From positions 1 to 31,579 of IMG/VR virus record IMGVR_UViG_3300042314_001251: a DNA stretch of 31,579 bases; one strand, 5' to 3'. Under the pieces are notes generated by a model. That model was not told the origin of the DNA. It worked only from the letters and a program-made list of their open reading frames with translations, and did not search any database. Shown here in pieces: positions 25,411 to 31,579 of the stretch. The DNA comes from a virus. Taxonomy: Duplodnaviria > Heunggongvirae > Uroviricota > Caudoviricetes. The stretch's first letter is position 1; every line of letters starts with the position of its first letter. A program made the position numbers and the translations under genes.

Positions 25411-27014
25411 TGTGTATATTATGTAAAAATAAAAAAACAGATATCCCTACAGTAAATTTAACTTCTGTAGAACAAACTAATGTTGATAGGTCTTTGGGTT
25501 TATCTAACATTTACAATATTAGTAATAGTTTAGCTTTTTTAGAAGAAACTTTTTTAAATCCTTTATATAATTTAAGTGGAACAACTAAACCTACATCAGG
25601 ATTTACAACAATAAACTGTAGTGGTTTTACTACGGGTAGTTCTTATTCTACGTCAGCTTGTACTGCCGTTTATAACTTATCTGATGTTGATGAAATAGAC
25701 TTAGTATTCCAAATTACGGGTAATACACAGTATAGTGCATACACTGGTAATTTTTGTTACCACACATTCCAATTAGCTAAATTACCCAAAAATCGTGATT
25801 ACGTCACAAAAATAGATTCAACATATTCAAATTGTTTTGGTTATTCAACAATAACCGCTAATACAATTTATGAAACTATAAATAAATCATCATTACCTGT
25901 TATTGATGCTGAATATATCATAAAAGATTATAATATATTCCAAACACAAAATCTTGTAGATAATCTTAAGGTAAACACTTTTGATATGTCTACACAAACA
26001 AAAGAATCTTTATTTGATGATGGTTGGTATTTTGTAACAACAGTTAATCCTGATAAACCCACAATTGGTCAAATCAATACTTTTGATATATTACAAAACG
26101 CTACCTTAATTACAGAAACCCCTAATTTGTTAGAAGGTTACACATCCGTGTTTAAAATTGGTGGATATGCTTTAAATAATAAATTTATTGTATTTGTTAA
26201 TGGTATTTTATTGACAGAAAATTTAGATTGGGTTTATTTAAGTAATTTGGGTAATGGTTATTTTGAAATCATTTCAGGTGAAATAGAACCAACAAAAGAT
26301 GTAATCCAAGTTGTTTATTTAAACAATCCAGATGTAACTGTTGATAGTATTAATTTATATGAAAATTATTTGAATATAGATGCGGGAATTGTTAATACTA
26401 TAACAACTGGTATTACATCAGGGGTGACAAGTTTAACAGTAAATTACAACCCTGTAAAAAACAGACAAGAAATATTATTAACAAAACTAAATAGAAGTGA
26501 GTCTAGTTTAATAATTGTAATTAACGGGGTTAAACTACAAGAAAATGTTGAGTACTTTCTTAGTTCTACGGACAACTCAAAATTAATAATAAACCCTTTA
26601 AATCAAATACAAATAAATGATGCTATATCTATTTTTTATTTTACAGATTTAGGTTCTAAGTATTTTGACTTAGGGTATTATAGAACATTAACACCAACTA
26701 TTTTATGGGAAGCCCCACAATCATATTCTTCTATTAAGAGTGAGGATGGTAAATTCCTAATACAAGTAACTACTTTTGATGATACCCAATTTTTAAATTT
26801 AGTACAATCCAAATTATATGGATTTGATAGATTACAATCCGAATATTCTACAACATTAGACCAATTACCTACAAATGTAGGTGAAAAATTTTTACTTAGG
26901 ATATGTTTTTTCAAAAATTACCATATATTATTTGATAATGTGGTAACAACTAGAAGTGTAAGTGATACAGTATCATTTAAAGTTAACATTGACTATGCTA
27001 AAAACAGTTATTAA
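25410..27014 (+). CDS. putative virion protein (534 aa) with two V-x-V/I-NG beta-sandwich repeats
   Basis: TAATG coupling. Repeats VFVNGILLTENLDW and IVINGVKLQENVEY. Confidence 0.6.
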   Translation: MCILCKNKKTDIPTVNLTSVEQTNVDRSLGLSNIYNISNSLAFLEETFLNPLYNLSGTTKPTSGFTTINCSGFTTGSSYSTSACTAVYNLSDVDEIDLVFQITGNTQYSAYTGNFCYHTFQLAKLPKNRDYVTKIDSTYSNCFGYSTITANTIYETINKSSLPVIDAEYIIKDYNIFQTQNLVDNLKVNTFDMSTQTKESLFDDGWYFVTTVNPDKPTIGQINTFDILQNATLITETPNLLEGYTSVFKIGGYALNNKFIVFVNGILLTENLDWVYLSNLGNGYFEIISGEIEPTKDVIQVVYLNNPDVTVDSINLYENYLNIDAGIVNTITTGITSGVTSLTVNYNPVKNRQEILLTKLNRSESSLIIVINGVKLQENVEYFLSSTDNSKLIINPLNQIQINDAISIFYFTDLGSKYFDLGYYRTLTPTILWEAPQSYSSIKSEDGKFLIQVTTFDDTQFLNLVQSKLYGFDRLQSEYSTTLDQLPTNVGEKFLLRICFFKNYHILFDNVVTTRSVSDTVSFKVNIDYAKNSY

Positions 27015-27016
27015 TA

Positions 27017-29449
27017 ATGGAGAATAAGAGTATAAGAATAAGAACAACACCTGGTGTAGATAAAAATATTAGTTTTGAGTTAAAACAAGACTTTGATTTT
27101 ATTGAAATCTTAAGTTTAAAAATAACACAACAAGATGTTTATGAATCTTTTTGTGCTGATTATGGTGTTGTAGTTGGACGTGTAATATCTAATGAAGGTT
27201 TTGGTGTCCCGAATGCTAAGGTTTCTATATTTATACCTGTTACTAGCGAAGACCAAAAAAATGATTTAATAAATACTTTATACCCTTATAAAACAGTAAC
27301 TAGTGTTAATGGTGAGGGATATAGATATAATTTATTATTAGAACAGTCAACTTGTAGTCTTAATCAGGCCGTAGGAACTTTCCCAACAAAAGAAACGTTA
27401 TTAAATAATGAAATTTATTTAGAAATATTTGATAAATATTATAGATATACAACAGTCACTAATGACGCAGGAGATTATATCATATTTGGGGTTCCACCTG
27501 GACAACAAACAATACACATGGATGTTGATATAAGTGACATAGGATTTTTAAGCCTTAGACCTTATGATTTAAAATCACAAGGATTCACTGATTCTTTATT
27601 TGATGGTAAAAATTTTAAAAAATCTACTAACCTAGATAGTTTGGCACAAATTAAAACACAAAATAAAGGTGTTGAAGTTGTTCCTTTTTGGGGTGATGAG
27701 GAAAGATGTAATTTTGGGATTACTAGAGTTGATTTTAATATTGGTAACGATTTAGTTGCTAACGCTATTTTTATGGGTTCAATCTTTACCGATTCTGATA
27801 AGAATTATTTAAAGAAAAGTTGTAGAATTAAAAGATTTATGGGAGACCAAACACAGTTAATTACCGCTTCAGGACAAGTAGATATTCTAAGATTAGAAGT
27901 TAATGATGATGGTGACCCCATAAACATATCAAGATTACCCTCGAAAGAAATTGATGAAAACGGTGTTTATGTATTTACATTACCATTGTATTATGATAAG
28001 GTAGTAACAGATGAATTCGGTAATTTAGTTAAATCACCAGACCAAACCAAAGGTGTACCCACTAAAGGTAAATATAGATTTAAATTAAAATTTAATGACA
28101 ATTCAGCCACTTTTAAAGGTAGAAAAACTTTTAGAACAGCTAGTTTAATAACACCTAGTACAAATAGTTCTGTTAGATTTACTGACGACATTGATAGTTA
28201 TGCAATGATTAATGTTAATACAGATTTTCATACTTTTGAATGGAAACAAGTTTATACTACAACACAATTTATAAGAAAGTTAAAGAAAAGGAAATCTGGT
28301 AGATTTGACTTTATTGGGTTAAAAAATTGTGGTGAATTTGTAATTACCCCAGTTTCGTTAAGTAATGAGGATGATGAGGATGATACACAATCTGAAGGTG
28401 GTAACAAAAACCTTGATGTCCCTTATAATGTTTTCATAAAAAGACCTTTTTCAGGCTTTTCTAAGAGAAAAAAAGTTAAAGCTTGTTTTTATGATGCATG
28501 GTTAAATGGTGGGTGTTACTTACCAAAATTTCAAGTAAGAACAAAAAATAATGGCGATTATGATTGTTGTGGTTTTGGTCATAACGCTAATGTTGACCGT
28601 TACTTTATGGTGGAAGGGGATATCCAATACACCATAAACACCACACAATACCCAAATGTACTAGCCACAAACCCGAATTCTTGGGCTAATGCTCAAGCAA
28701 ATGGAACTGAAATGCCAGAAGGTACTAGATGTACATTCATTACACCAAAATCAATTCCAGGTGTATTAAATGGTGCTAACGACACAGAAGAATTTGTTTA
28801 TTGTAAATGGGGTTCGGACACAAGAATTATGAATATTGGTTCTATGTTAATGTGTCAAGAAATATTGGATACGTTAAAAGATAGTTTATCTAATAATGTT
28901 GGTAGCGTTTTAAAACCTTTCTTTAAACCGACTGGTGCTAGATTTTGTATGACTACTAATGTTGAAAATGGAATTAGAACACAAAATCTAATACCATTTT
29001 TATCACCAACAACTTACCTAGACCCCAATGATTTTTTTCCTTATCAGAATAATGATATGAATAATTTACCCAATAATTTACCTGGTAAATGGGGTAAGAA
29101 CCTTTCAATTTGGGCAACAGACGCTTTTTTAGATGCACAATACGCTGATAAAGAGTTAAAACAAAATCACGGAGGTTGTTGGTTAAAATATTACTGTAGG
29201 ATAGACTTCCAGCCAATATACGGTTCGGATGGTAACCCAGTAGTCTCACATTGTAACAACACAAGTCCAGTTATAGCACCAACAAGTGGGGGTTATTTAG
29301 ATTTAACACTTAATAGATTGTTTGGTTGTCCCTACAATTGGAACGCTGACCTTTATTACGCTTCTCGTTACGATTTGGTATATTTTTACTTTGGTATAAC
29401 GGCTGGTAGTACGGCATTGGATAAATTAAAAAAAGATTTTTTTGAATAA
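27017..29449 (+). CDS. putative virion protein (810 aa) with N-terminal carboxypeptidase-regulatory/transthyretin-like domain
   Basis: YGVVVGRVISNEGFGVPNAKVSI ... TNDAGDYIIFGVPPGQQTI is the typical pattern of this beta-sandwich fold. Confidence 0.6.
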   Translation: MENKSIRIRTTPGVDKNISFELKQDFDFIEILSLKITQQDVYESFCADYGVVVGRVISNEGFGVPNAKVSIFIPVTSEDQKNDLINTLYPYKTVTSVNGEGYRYNLLLEQSTCSLNQAVGTFPTKETLLNNEIYLEIFDKYYRYTTVTNDAGDYIIFGVPPGQQTIHMDVDISDIGFLSLRPYDLKSQGFTDSLFDGKNFKKSTNLDSLAQIKTQNKGVEVVPFWGDEERCNFGITRVDFNIGNDLVANAIFMGSIFTDSDKNYLKKSCRIKRFMGDQTQLITASGQVDILRLEVNDDGDPINISRLPSKEIDENGVYVFTLPLYYDKVVTDEFGNLVKSPDQTKGVPTKGKYRFKLKFNDNSATFKGRKTFRTASLITPSTNSSVRFTDDIDSYAMINVNTDFHTFEWKQVYTTTQFIRKLKKRKSGRFDFIGLKNCGEFVITPVSLSNEDDEDDTQSEGGNKNLDVPYNVFIKRPFSGFSKRKKVKACFYDAWLNGGCYLPKFQVRTKNNGDYDCCGFGHNANVDRYFMVEGDIQYTINTTQYPNVLATNPNSWANAQANGTEMPEGTRCTFITPKSIPGVLNGANDTEEFVYCKWGSDTRIMNIGSMLMCQEILDTLKDSLSNNVGSVLKPFFKPTGARFCMTTNVENGIRTQNLIPFLSPTTYLDPNDFFPYQNNDMNNLPNNLPGKWGKNLSIWATDAFLDAQYADKELKQNHGGCWLKYYCRIDFQPIYGSDGNPVVSHCNNTSPVIAPTSGGYLDLTLNRLFGCPYNWNADLYYASRYDLVYFYFGITAGSTALDKLKKDFFE

Positions 29450-29462
29450 AATAATAATTTAA

Positions 29463-29472
29463 ATATTTATAA
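29463..29472 (+). promoter_or_regulatory. candidate late-promoter motif ATATTTATAA
   Basis: Third copy of the 10-mer, in a 36-nt intergenic gap, 13 nt before the GTG start. Confidence 0.55.
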
Positions 29473-29485
29473 AAAAACATAAGAA

Positions 29486-31522
29486 GTGAGTTATATAGAT
29501 AAAAATTCAAATATTGTAGTAAGTGCAAGACTTACAGATAAAGGTAGAAATTTATTGGCTAACGGAGCGTTAACTTTTAACACCTTTAAATTAGGTGATT
29601 CAGAGATTGATTACACAACTTTGGGGCCAACATATGATATTACGTTAGAGAATATCTTAAGAGCCAAAGCCAATCAACCTGAGATGAAGACGGTTTTGTT
29701 ACCAACATTAACAAGTTTACCTAACCAAGCGGCTTTAGGTCTAACACAAGTTACGGCATTAGAGTTGGTTACAATAACACAAGCACCTGAATTGGGTTTC
29801 TTTGAAATAACATCAGGTGGAACAGAATATAGTGCTTATACAACCACTAATTATGTTTTACAGACTGATACGATTGTTCCTTTAAGTGGTTTAACAGGTT
29901 CAACAACCGTAATACCTGTCTTACAATCAGCAACTTATGGAACTAACACATATGAACCATCTATTGGTGATTTTATGTTAGTTAAAATGAGTAATGATGA
30001 ATTGAGTGTTACACAAAGAGATGCTGTTATCGACCAAAATATACCTGTACCTTACTTATGGTATAGGGTACAAAATAAAACTGGTTTATTATCAGCAAAT
30101 ACTTTAAACGTAACTTTAGATAGAAATTTTGCTTACTTCCCTGGTTATACAGGAACCAATTATTGTTGGTCAGCATTTTACCCAACAGGAAATACTTTTA
30201 GTACTGACGGAATATATTCAGCAGGAACAGTATGGAACCAAAACAATGTATGGTCATATCCTATGGCAGGTATTGATGATGGTATTGGTACTTTTGAGAA
30301 TTTTAATCTATACGGAAGTGAAAGTTATGTTGGTTCAAAAGAATATTTTGGATATACTTCTGAAATAACTAGTAATTGTGAAGATGAAAGGTCAATTGCT
30401 TTAGTTCACTACACTAACGTACAGACTTGTAACAACCAATCTGAAAGTGTTTACGGACAAAGACTTTATATCGATACAACAGTACCAGCATCACCGATAC
30501 TTAATATGCCTACATTGATGTGGCATGGTAGAGTATTCTCAGGTTCGGGTACAGCAGATATGATTGGTGAGACATTCTCAGGTACTGGTGTTGAAAAATA
30601 CGTAACCTTTAGTGGTGTTTCTACTGAGGTTAGATATTATGATTTAGTTGATAGTAGTGGTATTAATTATGTTGGTAGGATTTTTCCTGACCAACAAGTT
30701 ATGACAATAGACGACCAAGAATTAGTGGCAGCAATGTCATATAAATCTAATAGGAATTGGACTTTACCAACTTTAGGATATGGTTTAGTTACGGCTACAG
30801 ATGGTTTAATTGGCCAAACACAAGATTTATATGTATCATACATGTTGGCTAGTAGTTCTGGTTATACAACAGGTTTACACGCACAAAATTATACATGTGT
30901 TGTTTTAACTGAACAAGAATGTCCTGATAACGCTAAAAAAGACGTACAAATCACATTCCCGACTTCGGGACTACCGTACATGACGGTTAGTGGTGGAACT
31001 GGATTTGAAGCTGATAAATTATATTTAATCGCACAAAGAGTTTCTTCAGGTGAAAAACCTGTTTCTGATGGTTGGGTAATTATGGATTACACAAACCAAA
31101 TTAATGGCCAAGTAGTTGGTGATACTATTAACCCGTTAAATTTAGAAAACACAACATTTACAATTAATAAAAATATGTATTTGTCAGCATCTACACAATA
31201 TATTGTGAACAACTATTTGACAGTACCAACAACAATACAACAAAATTTACTACAATTTGGTGACGAAAATTTCTTCTTCGGTAATGTTAGTTCCGCAGGT
31301 ACAACAAGAAAATGGAGAACTAAATTTAATATTGTTGTACCACCTACCTTATTTAACTCAACAACAAACCCAACGTGGTTTAATAGTGGCCAAAATGTCC
31401 ACATTTCTGAAGTTGGTATTTATAGTACAGGTGGTGAATTAGTTGCTATTGGTAAACTAAACCTACCGATAGAAAAAAATAACACAACAACGGTTATAAT
31501 TGAAATAGCTTTTGATTTATAA
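29486..31522 (+). CDS. putative tail-fibre/baseplate attachment protein (678 aa), DUF3751-like termini
   Basis: GTG start. N-terminal LTDKGRNLLA...FKLGDSEIDY and C-terminal ISEVGIYSTGGELVAIGKLNLPIEK resemble the two halves of the P2-type tail-fibre N-terminal domain. Confidence 0.55.
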   Translation: MSYIDKNSNIVVSARLTDKGRNLLANGALTFNTFKLGDSEIDYTTLGPTYDITLENILRAKANQPEMKTVLLPTLTSLPNQAALGLTQVTALELVTITQAPELGFFEITSGGTEYSAYTTTNYVLQTDTIVPLSGLTGSTTVIPVLQSATYGTNTYEPSIGDFMLVKMSNDELSVTQRDAVIDQNIPVPYLWYRVQNKTGLLSANTLNVTLDRNFAYFPGYTGTNYCWSAFYPTGNTFSTDGIYSAGTVWNQNNVWSYPMAGIDDGIGTFENFNLYGSESYVGSKEYFGYTSEITSNCEDERSIALVHYTNVQTCNNQSESVYGQRLYIDTTVPASPILNMPTLMWHGRVFSGSGTADMIGETFSGTGVEKYVTFSGVSTEVRYYDLVDSSGINYVGRIFPDQQVMTIDDQELVAAMSYKSNRNWTLPTLGYGLVTATDGLIGQTQDLYVSYMLASSSGYTTGLHAQNYTCVVLTEQECPDNAKKDVQITFPTSGLPYMTVSGGTGFEADKLYLIAQRVSSGEKPVSDGWVIMDYTNQINGQVVGDTINPLNLENTTFTINKNMYLSASTQYIVNNYLTVPTTIQQNLLQFGDENFFFGNVSSAGTTRKWRTKFNIVVPPTLFNSTTNPTWFNSGQNVHISEVGIYSTGGELVAIGKLNLPIEKNNTTTVIIEIAFDL

Positions 31523-31579
31523 TGGGATTTTTAGATAACAATATTGATGAAGTAAAATTAATCTTAACTCCATATGGTA
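31522..31579 (+). CDS. 5' fragment of next gene (MGFLDNNIDEVKLILTPYG...), probable paralogue of the upstream gene
   Basis: ATG overlaps the upstream TAA (TAATG) and the frame is open to the window end. MxF/YxD...LTxxG pattern resembles the start of the 678-aa protein. Not in the ORF track because it is truncated. Confidence 0.6.
   Translation, partial: MGFLDNNIDEVKLILTPYG

Noticed and set aside
2300-31442. Remaining short alternative-frame and minus-strand ORFs (60-124 aa) in the ORF track
   Set aside because: All are nested within longer motif-bearing plus-strand genes and show compositions typical of off-frame translation.
60-31522. Stop-codon recoding (0 TAG, 2 TGA, 21 TAA among 23 complete genes)
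   Set aside because: All long genes are intact under the standard code with no in-frame TAG or TGA interrupting conserved motifs. TAA bias is expected at this AT content.

Overview
AT-rich, gene-dense, entirely plus-strand segment of a large myovirus-type (T4-superfamily-like, probably jumbo) dsDNA bacteriophage genome. The host is probably one that does not use Shine-Dalgarno initiation, with Bacteroidota the best guess. Positions 1-2.2 kb hold four hypothetical genes, including an acidic putative head/core protein. Positions 2.3-9.3 kb are a replication/recombination module: gp32-like SSB, UvsX/RecA, 5'-3' exonuclease (RNase H/FEN type), DnaB/gp41-like helicase and a monomeric class II B12-dependent ribonucleotide reductase, bounded by two intrinsic terminators. 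Positions 9.4-31.6 kb are a translationally coupled baseplate/tail block: gp25-like, gp6/baseplate-J-like, a gp7/P2-gpI-like giant protein, a tail-fibre-attachment-like protein and several unknown virion proteins. I found no CRISPR array, tRNA, intron, intein, mobile element or DGR. The most unusual features are as follows. (i) About 10 copies of an unnamed 4-cysteine module (C-P-x(n)-CC-x4-VVG-x2-V-x-W-x(n)-C) plus other Cys clusters (CxxCH, CxxCxxCxxC, CPxGY) fill three adjacent virion proteins. (ii) A Gly-flanked cassette is duplicated between the 1444-aa and 770-aa genes, suggesting a baseplate gene split by internal duplication, and a second split is possible at the 967-aa/146-aa pair. 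(iii) There are two promoter classes: TTTnnT-N17-TATAATT, and a candidate late motif ATATTTATAA (reverse complement of the T4 late box) 10-13 nt before three starts. All family assignments come from motif recognition, not database searches.
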